From Bacteroidales bacterium (GTDB lineage: Bacteria; Bacteroidota; Bacteroidia; Bacteroidales; P3): a stretch of 64,000 nucleotides of DNA. Position 1 is the stretch's first letter; the number at the start of each line of letters is the position of its first letter. The stretch is taken from the NCBI GenBank assembly GCA_017530105.1, contig JAFXMW010000108.1:8798-72797 (forward strand), given 5' to 3'. Of the stretch, positions 17,365 through 27,348 are shown piece after piece. Position numbers and translations under genes: made by a program. The notes beneath the pieces were generated by a model, which saw only the letters and a list, made by a program, of their open reading frames with translations, searched no databases and was not told the DNA's origin.

Positions 17365-17372
17365 TATCTTTG
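17365..17372 (+). promoter_or_regulatory. Candidate -7 box (TATCTTTG) for guaB
   Basis: Matches TAnnTTTG 30 nt upstream of ATG 17402. Confidence 0.45.
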
Positions 17373-17401
17373 CATAATTTTTTAGACAGAAAAAAACAGT
17401 T

Positions 17402-18880
17402 ATGGCTATGTACACAGATACCACAAAATTCATTGGCGAAGGCCTTACCTATGACGACGTGCTGTTGGTGCCGTCGTATTCCGAGATTCTCCCCCGCGAG
17501 GTGAGCGTGGCAACGCGCTTTTCGCGGAACATTGAGTTGAACATGCCGCTGGTGTCGGCGGCTATGGACACGGTGACCGAGGCGGCCATGGCCATAGGCA
17601 TGGCTCAGGAGGGCGGTATCGGTGTGCTGCACAAGAATATGAGCATCGAGAGCCAGGCGGGCGAGGTGCGCAAGGTGAAACGTGCCGAGAACGGGATGAT
17701 TGTCGACCCGGTGACGTTGACCAAAGACGCTTTGGTGAAGGATGCGCTGCACCTGATGAGCGAGTACGGCATTGGGGGTATCCCCATTGTTGACGAGAAC
17801 CGCAAGCTGATAGGTATGGTTACCAACCGTGACCTGAGGTTTGAGAAATGCATGGAGCGCCCCTTGTCGGAGATTATGATTACCGACTTGATTACCACCC
17901 ATGTGGGTACCACTTTTGCCGAGGCTACGGAAATACTGCAGCGCCACAAGATTGAGAAACTGCCTGTGGTGAACAGCGAGGGCGTTTTTGAGGGGCTGAT
18001 AACCTATCGCGACATCATGAAGACCAAGGAGCGCCCCTTGGCCTGCAAGGACAGCAAGGGTCGCCTGTGTGTGGCCGCTGGTGTGGGCATCACGCCCGAC
18101 ATGATGGAGCGTGTGGACGCTCTGGTGAAGGCCGGGGCTGACGCCGTGGTTATCGACACCGCCCATGGCCACAGCGTCCGTGTGGTGGAGGCTTTGAAGC
18201 AGGTGAAAGGCAAGTATCCCGAAATCGACGTGGTAGTGGGCAACATCGCTACGGGCGAGGCCGCCATTATGCTGGCCGAGGCCGGTGCCGATGCCATCAA
18301 GGTGGGCATTGGACCGGGAAGCATTTGCTCAACCCGTATTGTGGCCGGTATCGGTGTGCCGCAGTTGACGGCGGTGTGTGAGTGTGTGGGAGCCCTGAAA
18401 CAGAAGGGCTACGATGTGCCGGTGATTGCCGACGGTGGTATCCGCTATAGCGGCGACATAGTGAAGGCTTTGGCTGCCGGAGCCAGCACCGTGATGGTGG
18501 GTTCGCTGGTGGCCGGTGTGGATGAGGCTCCGGGCGAGACCATCATTTTCGAGGGACGCAAGTTTAAGTCCTACCGCGGCATGGGTTCGCTCGAGGCTAT
18601 GCAGAGCGGCTCGAAAGACCGTTATTTCCAAGATAAGGAAGTGGACGCCAAGAAGCTGGTGCCCGAAGGCGTGGTGGGACGAGTGCCGTACAAGGGTACG
18701 CTGAGCGAGGTGCTGTACCAGATGGTGGGCGGACTGAAGGCCGGCATGGGTTATACCGGCTCGAAGGACATTGCCGCCTTGCAGCAGGCCAAGTTTATCC
18801 GCATCACCGCTGCAGGCCGCACAGAGAGCCATCCCCACGACATTGCCATCACCCGCGAGGCTCCGAACTACTCGAGATAA
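17402..18880 (+). CDS. guaB: IMP dehydrogenase
   Basis: [21 protein letters not shown] at the N-terminus, a CBS pair region, and the catalytic loop [20 protein letters not shown]. Confidence 0.95.
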   Translation: MAMYTDTTKFIGEGLTYDDVLLVPSYSEILPREVSVATRFSRNIELNMPLVSAAMDTVTEAAMAIGMAQEGGIGVLHKNMSIESQAGEVRKVKRAENGMIVDPVTLTKDALVKDALHLMSEYGIGGIPIVDENRKLIGMVTNRDLRFEKCMERPLSEIMITDLITTHVGTTFAEATEILQRHKIEKLPVVNSEGVFEGLITYRDIMKTKERPLACKDSKGRLCVAAGVGITPDMMERVDALVKAGADAVVIDTAHGHSVRVVEALKQVKGKYPEIDVVVGNIATGEAAIMLAEAGADAIKVGIGPGSICSTRIVAGIGVPQLTAVCECVGALKQKGYDVPVIADGGIRYSGDIVKALAAGASTVMVGSLVAGVDEAPGETIIFEGRKFKSYRGMGSLEAMQSGSKDRYFQDKEVDAKKLVPEGVVGRVPYKGTLSEVLYQMVGGLKAGMGYTGSKDIAALQQAKFIRITAAGRTESHPHDIAITREAPNYSR

Positions 18881-18928
18881 TGAATAAACATTTAGATTTG
18901 AAAATATTGATTCGATAAAGAAAACAAA

Positions 18929-21028
18929 ATGAAGAGATTGATTTCTATTCTGGTGCTGTCGGCCACCATGTTGTGTGCATCGGCACAGACTCAAAGCGAC
19001 CCAGTGATATTTGAAATAGGCGGGAAACCGATTTACAAGTCGCAGTTCATGAAGGAATTCCTGCAGTCGATTGGCAAGGACCCCTCTGCTGCCCCCACGG
19101 CCTGCACTTATGAAAAAAGAAAGGCTCTGGAGGACTATGTGCAGCTTTATGTCAACTTCCAAACCAAGCTGGCTGATGCATACGCTATGGGTTTGGACAC
19201 CATGCGTACGTTGAATGACGAATTGAAAATGTACCGCAAGGATTTGGCAGCGCCATATTTGATTGACTCCGCCACCATGCAGGATTTGCTGCGCGAGGCC
19301 TATGAGCGTAACCACTACGCTTTGCATGCCGCCCACATCCTGGTGCCGTGCGACGAGAACGCCCTGCCTGATGACACCCTGAAGGCGTATAATCATGCCA
19401 TGGAATTGTATAATAAGGCACTTGCAACCTCCGATTTCTATGCCATTGCCCAGGAAGAGATGCGTGAACAACGCGCCAACAATATGGATCCGTTGGTGAG
19501 GGAGAAAGCCGACCAGGTGAATCCTTACGAGGGCGATTTGGGATGTTTCACGGTGTTTGACATGATTTATCCTTTCGAAACCGCTGTCTATTCCATGAAA
19601 CCGGGCGAGGTGCATCGCCCTGTGCGCACACGCTATGGCTACCATGTTATCAAGTTGTTCGACCGCTATGAGTATTACGGTAAGGTGCAATTGGCACATA
19701 TCTGGGTGTCGGAAAACAATGACAACCCCCGTGGCTTAATCAATTCGGCTTACCAGATGTTGAATGATGGGAAGGAGTTCGGCTATGTGGCTAAGAACCA
19801 CAGCGACGACCAGAGTACAAGCAGAGCCGGCGGTGTGATGCCGGAACTGCCTTGCAACCAGTTGCCTTTTGAATATGTCGATGTGGTGGCTAAGGGTTTG
19901 AAAGTGGGTGAGTATTCCGACCCTTTCCATTCCCGTTTTGGCTGGCACATTATCAAGCTGCTCAAGAAAGAGAATATCGCTGATTTTGAAAGCATGATTC
20001 CCTATTATAAATCCCGCATGACTCGCGGGGAACGCAGCAAAAAGCCTCAACACATCTTTATTGAGCAATGCAAGACCAAATATGATTTTGTCGACTATAC
20101 CACTGTCAAGACTTCAAAGAAAAAGAACGCTCCCTATGCCGCCAGTCTGGACGTTTTGAGAAATGGTTTTGTCGACACTATTTATACCGACGGGTTTAGT
20201 CTTGATTCATTCAAGATTGACGACCGTCGTCCGTTGTTCAAGGTTGGAGACCGCAAGTATGACGCTGCCGATTTGGCAAGTTATATCTACAAACACCGTG
20301 CCATTTATAAGAATTATGACAAGGATGCTTTCTTGCTTGACCGTTACCATGAGTTTATTGACGAGATGGTATTGAAATATGCCGATGACCATTTGGAGAC
20401 AGACATCCCTGAATTTGGTGACTTGATAAAAGAATACCGTCATGGTTTGATGATATTCTCTTACAACGACCAGATGGTTTGGGGACGTGCTATCAAAGAC
20501 TCTGTGGGCTTTGAGGAGTTTTATGCCCGTACTGCCCCGACACACAGCTACGACGACACCAACGATGCAGTCTATTTCTGGAACCACCGTGCCCGTGTCA
20601 ACGTTATTACAGTTGAAGACAGTGCCTGTCTCGCTCCTGCCAAGGCCAAAAAGATTATCGACAAGGCTGTTGCCAAGGGATGGGGTATGGTTGACGTGCT
20701 TGACAAACTGAATGGCAAGGTGAACAAGAAGAAATGCCAGTCGGAGAATCCTGTAACGAACGAATTGCAGGTGGTTGAGATTGGAAACCAGGATTTGCTC
20801 ACCAACAAAGAATGGGGCAAAGGCGTCTACACCCGTCCTACGGAAAAGGGATACCGGTTCCTTATCGTTGAACAGATTCTCCAACCTGAGTTGAAGAGCA
20901 GACAAGAAGCACGCGGCTATTATCTCAACGATTACCAGAACTACCTCGAAGAGCAGAACAATGCTGCACTCCGCAAGAAGTACAATGTGGTAATCCATCA
21001 AGATGTGATAGACGCAATTACTTATTAA
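18929..21028 (+). CDS. Parvulin-type peptidyl-prolyl isomerase, large periplasmic chaperone-like
   Basis: Signal peptide and two parvulin-like blocks (AAHILVPCDE..., YGYHVIKL; LAHIWV..., FGWHIIKL). Confidence 0.7.
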   Translation: MKRLISILVLSATMLCASAQTQSDPVIFEIGGKPIYKSQFMKEFLQSIGKDPSAAPTACTYEKRKALEDYVQLYVNFQTKLADAYAMGLDTMRTLNDELKMYRKDLAAPYLIDSATMQDLLREAYERNHYALHAAHILVPCDENALPDDTLKAYNHAMELYNKALATSDFYAIAQEEMREQRANNMDPLVREKADQVNPYEGDLGCFTVFDMIYPFETAVYSMKPGEVHRPVRTRYGYHVIKLFDRYEYYGKVQLAHIWVSENNDNPRGLINSAYQMLNDGKEFGYVAKNHSDDQSTSRAGGVMPELPCNQLPFEYVDVVAKGLKVGEYSDPFHSRFGWHIIKLLKKENIADFESMIPYYKSRMTRGERSKKPQHIFIEQCKTKYDFVDYTTVKTSKKKNAPYAASLDVLRNGFVDTIYTDGFSLDSFKIDDRRPLFKVGDRKYDAADLASYIYKHRAIYKNYDKDAFLLDRYHEFIDEMVLKYADDHLETDIPEFGDLIKEYRHGLMIFSYNDQMVWGRAIKDSVGFEEFYARTAPTHSYDDTNDAVYFWNHRARVNVITVEDSACLAPAKAKKIIDKAVAKGWGMVDVLDKLNGKVNKKKCQSENPVTNELQVVEIGNQDLLTNKEWGKGVYTRPTEKGYRFLIVEQILQPELKSRQEARGYYLNDYQNYLEEQNNAALRKKYNVVIHQDVIDAITY

Positions 21029-21115
21029 TCTGAAGGTATGTTTGTCGGATGATGTGTCTTTTGCAGTATAGCATGTCATTTCAACATTCAACCTATTGTT
21101 ATCAAAAGTAACCCA

Positions 21116-22480
21116 ATGAAGAAGATTGTCATATTGTTTATTGCCTTGCTTGCCAGTGTGGCCGTTATGGCTCAGGAGCGGCAGGTGGTTGACGGTGTTG
21201 TGGCGGTGGTGGGTAAATCAATCATCCGCCATTCCGATATAGAGCAGGCTTTTTCGCAGGTACGTCTCCACCAAGGAATGCAGAATGCCCGTGAGGAACG
21301 TTGCAAGATTTTGGAGAACATGCTGATTAACAAGCTCCTTATCCACAAGGGGACGATAGATAGTGTGGAGGTGAGCGACGACCGTGTTGAGGAGGAGGTG
21401 CAACGCTATCTCAGTGCTGCAGTGATGCAAGCAGGTGGTAAGGACAAGTTGCGCGAGGTATTTCATTATAGTTACGATGAATTGCACGACCAGTATTTCG
21501 ACCTCCTTCACGACCACATGCTGAGTCAACAGGTGGAGTATCAGTTGACCGAGAATGTGTCGGTCACCCCTGCCGAGGTGGCTGAGTATTTTGCGACATT
21601 CAATGTGGACAGCCTCCCTGAAATCCCGACCCAGTACGAGGTGGCGGAAATAGTTATTGAGCCTTCCGTCAGCGAAGCTGAGCGCGACAGGATTCGATAT
21701 GAGCTGGGTGAATTGCGCGAGCGTATTGTCAAGGGCGAAAATTTCTCCATGTTGGCAAAACTCTACAGCCAAGACCCTGGTTCGGCTTCAAAAGGTGGAG
21801 AGTTGGGCTTTTTTGACCGTGGGCGCATGGTAAGCGAGTTCGAAACGGCTGCCTTTGCACTTAAACCCGGCGAGGTGTCGCCCATTGTCGAGACTCAATA
21901 TGGCTTCCATATCCTCCAGCTTATTGAACGTCGCGGCAATACTATCAATGTCCGTCATATTCTTATGCAGCCCAAAACCTCCTCCGAGGATTTGCTGAAA
22001 GCACGTATTACCCTTGACAGCCTTGCCCAGGAAATCCGCCAGGGTAATGTGTCCTTTGCCGATGCCGCACGTAAGTATTCCGACGGGGTTAGCAAGCAAC
22101 AGGGTGGCACGGTCTCCAATCCTGCTACAGGAGGGTCGTTGTTCGACAAGGAGACTTTCAACCAGCTTTACCCCGGTATCGGAATTGTGGCCATGGAGGA
22201 AGGCGAGGTTTCCAATGCAACAGCTATCACTACTTCCGAGAACAAGAATGCCTATTGCCTGATTAAACTGGTCAAGAAGATTCCCTCACATAAAGCCAAT
22301 CTCACCGACGATTACGACCGAATCTACAATGCTGCCCTCCAGAGTGCCAAGTCGAAAAAGGTATACGAATGGTGCAACCGTATGGTCAAAACCACCTACA
22401 TCCGTATTGCTGATGAATACAAGGATTGTTCTGGGTTTATGGTTGATTGGTTCCGGTCGGCCGACAGAGGAAACAAGTAA
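21116..22480 (+). CDS. SurA-like peptidyl-prolyl isomerase
   Basis: Signal peptide, a SurA-N-like region, and a parvulin block GGELGFFDRGRMVSEFETAAFALKPGEVSPIVETQYGFHILQL. Confidence 0.75.
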   Translation: MKKIVILFIALLASVAVMAQERQVVDGVVAVVGKSIIRHSDIEQAFSQVRLHQGMQNAREERCKILENMLINKLLIHKGTIDSVEVSDDRVEEEVQRYLSAAVMQAGGKDKLREVFHYSYDELHDQYFDLLHDHMLSQQVEYQLTENVSVTPAEVAEYFATFNVDSLPEIPTQYEVAEIVIEPSVSEAERDRIRYELGELRERIVKGENFSMLAKLYSQDPGSASKGGELGFFDRGRMVSEFETAAFALKPGEVSPIVETQYGFHILQLIERRGNTINVRHILMQPKTSSEDLLKARITLDSLAQEIRQGNVSFADAARKYSDGVSKQQGGTVSNPATGGSLFDKETFNQLYPGIGIVAMEEGEVSNATAITTSENKNAYCLIKLVKKIPSHKANLTDDYDRIYNAALQSAKSKKVYEWCNRMVKTTYIRIADEYKDCSGFMVDWFRSADRGNK

Positions 22481-22567
22481 TGTATAAATCGGTTGCAATG
22501 TCTTTACTTAATCCCGTGTTCACTTCTCAATACATTGTTTTACGTATAATTTATTTTGGTTTCTAAC

Positions 22568-23548
22568 ATGTCCGACAAAGAACTCATAGATAATTTTGTG
22601 AACCAGTATCACACCCTGAAGAACGAGATGGGTAAGGTGATAGTTGGTCAGAAAAAAGCCATAGACAGCCTGCTGCTGTCTATTTTTACTGGTGGCCATT
22701 GTCTGCTTGTGGGTGTTCCGGGACTTGCCAAGACTTTGATGGTTAATACTCTTTCCAGGGCATTAGGCCTTTCCTTCAGTCGAATCCAGTTCACCCCCGA
22801 TTTGATGCCGTCGGACATCACTGGTTCTGAGATATTGGACGAGAACCGCAAGTTTCAGTTTATCAAAGGACCTGTGTTTGCCAACATTGTGCTGGCTGAC
22901 GAAATCAACCGTACACCTCCAAAAACACAGGCCGCACTGCTCGAAGCCATGCAGGAGAAATCGGTTACTGTGTCAGGCAAGAGCTACCCCTTGTCGGCTC
23001 CGTTCTTTGTTTTGGCCACCCAGAACCCCATCGAGCAAGAGGGTACATATCCTCTTCCAGAGGCTCAGCTCGACCGTTTCATGCTCAATATCCGTATGGA
23101 CTATCCCTCTTTCCAGGAGGAAGTGGACATCGTGAAAGGCACTACGGTCATGCACGACCCACACATCAATATTGTCCTTTCGGCTGATGATATTCTGCGC
23201 TATCAGCAGGTCATTAGTCGCATCCCGGTGCCCGACAATGTGTGTCAATATGCTGTGCGATTGGTGTCGTCCACGCGTCCCTCCGATGTCGTGGCCGGTC
23301 AACGCGGTGCCTCTTCCGATAGTCTGGCTACCAAATATCTCTCATGGGGTGCCGGACCCAGGGCGTCGCAGTATCTTGTCATGGGTGCCAAAACCCATGC
23401 TGCCATGCAGGGGAAATACTCCCCCGACATAGAAGATGTGCAATCTGTGGCTATTGAAGTGTTGCGACACCGCATTGTCCGCAACTACTATGCCGAGGCC
23501 GAGGGTATCACCACTGAGGAAATTGTGCAGCAATTGCTTTCTGTTTAA
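22568..23548 (+). CDS. MoxR-family AAA+ ATPase
   Basis: GHCLLVGVPGLAKT (Walker A), LADEINR (Walker B), and the overall MoxR pattern. The start is set at ATG 22568; the track start at 22556 is TTG. Confidence 0.85.
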   Translation: MSDKELIDNFVNQYHTLKNEMGKVIVGQKKAIDSLLLSIFTGGHCLLVGVPGLAKTLMVNTLSRALGLSFSRIQFTPDLMPSDITGSEILDENRKFQFIKGPVFANIVLADEINRTPPKTQAALLEAMQEKSVTVSGKSYPLSAPFFVLATQNPIEQEGTYPLPEAQLDRFMLNIRMDYPSFQEEVDIVKGTTVMHDPHINIVLSADDILRYQQVISRIPVPDNVCQYAVRLVSSTRPSDVVAGQRGASSDSLATKYLSWGAGPRASQYLVMGAKTHAAMQGKYSPDIEDVQSVAIEVLRHRIVRNYYAEAEGITTEEIVQQLLSV

Positions 23549-23575
23549 TTGTGGAATAACTTAAATGCAGTAGTC

Positions 23576-24847
23576 ATGAACCGTTTTGCTTTCATCCTTC
23601 TTCTGTTTGCCGCCTTTGCTGCGCCAGGGCAGAATTCCGGGCTGTATATCCCGACGGAAAAGCCTATCAAACCCAAGGATCTCCCCAAAGCATGGACCAA
23701 CCCTGAGGTCTTCTGTCTGCTGCTGCATTTCGATTCGGGCGACAGCAACTATAGGGAGCGCGATTTAGACCTGCTGGATTCAGCTTATTTGGTCGCCTTC
23801 AGCCGCGAAAACCCGCGGCTCTACACCATGTCCATCGAGGCTTATGGCACCGCAAGGGATGAAGAGCTCATGCAGGCCCGTATTGAGTCCGTCTACCGCT
23901 ATTTTACCATGCGGGGTCATGAGATAGTGCCTGTCCGCTACGCGTATAACCCTATTCATTGCAGTTGCCACGGCGACACAGTGGAACTCATCCGCTATGA
24001 AGTCCCTACCGACAAACAGGTGTACAATTGTGCAGAGTTGCCCTCCAGTCGTAAAGTGCTTAATAATGACATCCCATTAGAAGGGGCCTTGCTCGTCACT
24101 TTCCGCCACAACCCAATCGAGTGCATTGGGGGTGGAGGAGGTTGTTTCCTGCCTTCACAGGACAGCAACATCAGGGCTTATTACACGCAGCTTATCTTGA
24201 AAAAAGGCTCCATCTATTCTGTACAGAACACCCGCGACGAATGTCCTCCTCCTGTCACCATCTCAATCGAAGAACATCTCGATTACCAACAGGTCTTAGA
24301 CAATTATTTTCTTGTGCCACACCGTCGCAATATCATCCTCCCGATAGGATATGTTGTTCTCCATTCCAGTTTCAACCGCAAACCTGACGAATGTAGCAGT
24401 CTCACCGATTCGGTTTTTATCCGTTTCCCTGTCACCGAAGAGCAGCTTGAGTCGCGACTTCGTGTTTTTGCCAAGAAATATAGTGAAAAAGGAGTTGAAT
24501 ACAAGCCTTTGACAACTAAAAAAATCAAGAACGGTCCTGTCCTAATGATTCAGGGTGCCTTGAACCCCACCCAGTTCGACACTGTCTTCATAGCTAAGCG
24601 CATCACAGAAGACGAGGTGTCCAAATATCTTTTCCCTGCCGACTCTCCAACTGAGCAAGGTGCTGTAACCATCACGGTGAAAGGGGAGGAGCGTTATTAC
24701 AAACCTTTCCGAATCAACAACAAGGGAGAATACGAATTCAGAAAACTTTTCCGCAATATGCTCCGCATCATAGATGAAGAGGAAGAGACCCTCGACCCAT
24801 CCAACGGAAACTCTTTCCGCAATGACGGAGACGAAGAAATAGAATAA
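23576..24847 (+). CDS. Signal-peptide protein of unknown function
   Basis: [19 protein letters not shown] from ATG 23576. The ~420-aa ORF has native-looking C-ending codon usage and no motif I recognise. Confidence 0.55.
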   Translation: MNRFAFILLLFAAFAAPGQNSGLYIPTEKPIKPKDLPKAWTNPEVFCLLLHFDSGDSNYRERDLDLLDSAYLVAFSRENPRLYTMSIEAYGTARDEELMQARIESVYRYFTMRGHEIVPVRYAYNPIHCSCHGDTVELIRYEVPTDKQVYNCAELPSSRKVLNNDIPLEGALLVTFRHNPIECIGGGGGCFLPSQDSNIRAYYTQLILKKGSIYSVQNTRDECPPPVTISIEEHLDYQQVLDNYFLVPHRRNIILPIGYVVLHSSFNRKPDECSSLTDSVFIRFPVTEEQLESRLRVFAKKYSEKGVEYKPLTTKKIKNGPVLMIQGALNPTQFDTVFIAKRITEDEVSKYLFPADSPTEQGAVTITVKGEERYYKPFRINNKGEYEFRKLFRNMLRIIDEEEETLDPSNGNSFRNDGDEEIE

Positions 24848-24848
24848 T

Positions 24849-25667
24849 ATGGCTTATTTACAGACAGATGTGACTAAGGTCACTACACATGTTCTTCAAC
24901 GTATGAAACACAGCGGTGAAAAAATCGCTATGCTCACCGCTTACGATTATTCCATGGCCAAGCTGCTTGATTCCACCAAGATCGACGTCGTCCTTGTGGG
25001 TGACTCGGCAGCCAACGTCATGGAGGGCTATGACACCACCCTTCCCATCACTCTTGATGAAATGATTGTCTATGCCTCTTCCGTTAAACGTGCCATCAAG
25101 CGTGCTTTGGTTGTTGTGGACATGCCTTTCGGCACCTATCAAGGCAATTCTAAGCAGGCTCTTGCCTCGGCCATCCGTATCATGAAAGAAACCGGAGCCG
25201 ATGCCGTAAAACTCGAAGGTGGCGAAGAGGTGTTGGAATCCATTTGCCGCATCCTTACGGCAGGCATTCCCGTCATGGGACACCTTGGACTTACCCCGCA
25301 AAGCATCAATAAATTCGGCACTTACGTGGTGCGTGCCACACAAAAAGAAGAAGCTGACAGGCTTATTCACGATGCCCACGTACTGGAGAATGCAGGTTGT
25401 TTTAGCATTGTTCTGGAGAAAATACCAGCCAAGCTGGCTGCACAGGTCACCAGCGAACTGAAAATCCCCACAATTGGTATTGGTGCCGGCAGTAGCACCG
25501 ATGGTCAAGTGCTCGTGCTGCAGGATATGCTTGGCATCACTCAGCAGTTCACTCCCCGTTATCTGCGTACCTATGGCAGTTTTGGTGCCGACATCAGCAA
25601 CGCCATTCGTCAGTATATCTCGGATGTGAAAAGCCTCGATTTTCCCAACGAAAAAGAGCAGTACTGA
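24849..25667 (+). CDS. panB: 3-methyl-2-oxobutanoate hydroxymethyltransferase
   Basis: [17 protein letters not shown]..., [25 protein letters not shown]. Confidence 0.9.
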   Translation: MAYLQTDVTKVTTHVLQRMKHSGEKIAMLTAYDYSMAKLLDSTKIDVVLVGDSAANVMEGYDTTLPITLDEMIVYASSVKRAIKRALVVVDMPFGTYQGNSKQALASAIRIMKETGADAVKLEGGEEVLESICRILTAGIPVMGHLGLTPQSINKFGTYVVRATQKEEADRLIHDAHVLENAGCFSIVLEKIPAKLAAQVTSELKIPTIGIGAGSSTDGQVLVLQDMLGITQQFTPRYLRTYGSFGADISNAIRQYISDVKSLDFPNEKEQY

Positions 25668-25761
25668 GTCCTTTGCTCTGTACTGCCCTGATTATTGCGT
25701 CGTGCTGACTTCCGTGGTTTGTAAATGGCTGTTTTAGCAACGAACCCCGGAGTGTTGTCAA

Positions 25762-27228
25762 CTATTTCTTCTTCTGCAAGGGGTCTGTTGTCAACCCGAT
25801 GCCCAATTTCTTGAATATTTTACGGTCCACCTCGCTCAGCATCACGGTAGCATGAACTTGGCATCCGTTCAGCTGAGGCAGGGTGGCCAGCGAGCGGCGG
25901 CAGTTCTCATCAGTAAGGCTCAGCATGGAGAGGGCCACCAGCACCTCGTCGGTGTGCAGTCGTGGGTTGTGACCGTGAAGAAGTTTAACCTTAGTGTGCT
26001 GAATAGGCTCTATTATCTCTTGGGCAATCAACTTGATACTATGGTCAATGCCTGCCAGATATTTGGTTGCGTTGAGCAGCAGGGCGGCACTGGGTCCGAG
26101 CAGGTCGCTACTGTGTGCCGTAATGATAGTGCCGTCGGCCAGTTCTATTGCCGAGGCATCGGCGTTCTCCTTCTGTTTGCGCTCATGTGCCGCCACGGTT
26201 GTACGTCGGTCGGCGGTAGTCAGTTTCAACTGCTTCATGAGCAGGGCAATTTTGTTCACCTCTGTCTCCGAAATTTTGCCTTGGGCAAACTCGCATAAGG
26301 CGTTATAGTATCGTCTGATTATCTCGTCCTTCGAGGCTTGGCAGCAAACCTCATCGTCGCAGATGCAGAATCCTGCCATGTTCACTCCCATGTCGGTAGG
26401 CGACTTATAGGGGTTGGAACCGTATATGCCCTCGAATATTGCATTCAAAACGGGAAATATCTCTATGTCGCGGTTATAATTCACAGTGGTTTTGCCATAG
26501 GCTTCCAAATGGAACGGGTCAATCATGTTCACATCGTTCAGGTCGGCCGTTGCAGCCTCGTAGGCAACATTTACCGGGTGCTTCAGCGGAATGCTCCAGA
26601 TGGGGAATGTTTCAAACTTGGCATACCCGGCTTTCACCCCTCGCTGGTTCTCCTGATACAGCTGGCTCAAACACACTGCCATCTTGCCGCTTCCAGGCCC
26701 AGGAGCTGTAACCACCACCAATGGGCGTGTGGTTTTGACATACTCGTTCCGTCCGAAACCATCGGGTGAGCAAATCAACTCGACGTTTGTCGGGTAGCCC
26801 TCAATAATATAGTGGTAATATACATTGATACCCAAACGTTCCAAACGCTCGCGGAAGGCCATGGCACTGGCCTGTCCGTTGTATTGAGTAATCACCACGC
26901 CGCTCACCATCAATCCGCGTCCCATAAACTCATCGCGAAGGCGCAACACATCCACATCGTAGGTAATGCCCAGGTCGCCGCGCACCTTGTTCTTTTCAAT
27001 GTCGCGTGCACTGATGACTATCACAATCTCGGCATCGTCGCGCAGCTGCATCAGCATTTTCAGCTTGCTGTCGGGTTCAAAACCGGGCAATACACGACTG
27101 GCGTGGTAGTCGTCGAATAGTTTACCGCCAAATTCTAAGTAAAGCTTGTTGCCGAACTTGGAAATCCTCTCCTTGATGTGTTCGGACTGAATTTTGAGAT
27201 ACTTCTCGTTGTCAAAACCGTGTTTCAT
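25762..27228 (-). CDS. DUF1846 (UPF0371) family protein
   Basis: MKHGFDNEKYLKIQSEHIKERISKF...FDDYHASRVLPGFEPDSKL matches the family N-terminus. The start is set at ATG 27228. Confidence 0.8.
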   Translation of the reverse strand: MKHGFDNEKYLKIQSEHIKERISKFGNKLYLEFGGKLFDDYHASRVLPGFEPDSKLKMLMQLRDDAEIVIVISARDIEKNKVRGDLGITYDVDVLRLRDEFMGRGLMVSGVVITQYNGQASAMAFRERLERLGINVYYHYIIEGYPTNVELICSPDGFGRNEYVKTTRPLVVVTAPGPGSGKMAVCLSQLYQENQRGVKAGYAKFETFPIWSIPLKHPVNVAYEAATADLNDVNMIDPFHLEAYGKTTVNYNRDIEIFPVLNAIFEGIYGSNPYKSPTDMGVNMAGFCICDDEVCCQASKDEIIRRYYNALCEFAQGKISETEVNKIALLMKQLKLTTADRRTTVAAHERKQKENADASAIELADGTIITAHSSDLLGPSAALLLNATKYLAGIDHSIKLIAQEIIEPIQHTKVKLLHGHNPRLHTDEVLVALSMLSLTDENCRRSLATLPQLNGCQVHATVMLSEVDRKIFKKLGIGLTTDPLQKKK

Positions 27229-27261
27229 TTTCCGTCTTTTTGTGAACAAAAATACGGATTG

Positions 27262-27269
27262 CAAAAATA
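27262..27269 (-). promoter_or_regulatory. Candidate -7 box (TATTTTTG) for the DUF1846 gene
   Basis: The reverse complement of caaaaata lies 34 nt upstream of ATG 27228. Confidence 0.4.
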
Positions 27270-27279
27270 GACATTTTAT

Positions 27280-27336
27280 CCGACATAGAGGATTTTTTTT
27301 TGTTACATTTTATCAACAATCCATCCTCTATGTCGG
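27280..27336 (-). terminator. Hairpin downstream of the M1 peptidase gene
   Basis: 14-bp perfect stem CCGACATAGAGGAT (27280-27293) / ATCCTCTATGTCGG (27323-27336) with a 29-nt AT-rich loop. On the minus strand it is followed by a T-rich stretch. Confidence 0.5.
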
Positions 27337-27348
27337 TAATTGCCTGTG

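Noticed and set aside
17342-19699. Minus-strand ORFs of 276 aa and 456 aa over guaB and the PPIase gene
   Set aside because: They are antisense shadows of guaB (unambiguous) and the parvulin gene. No independent promoter or motif supports them.
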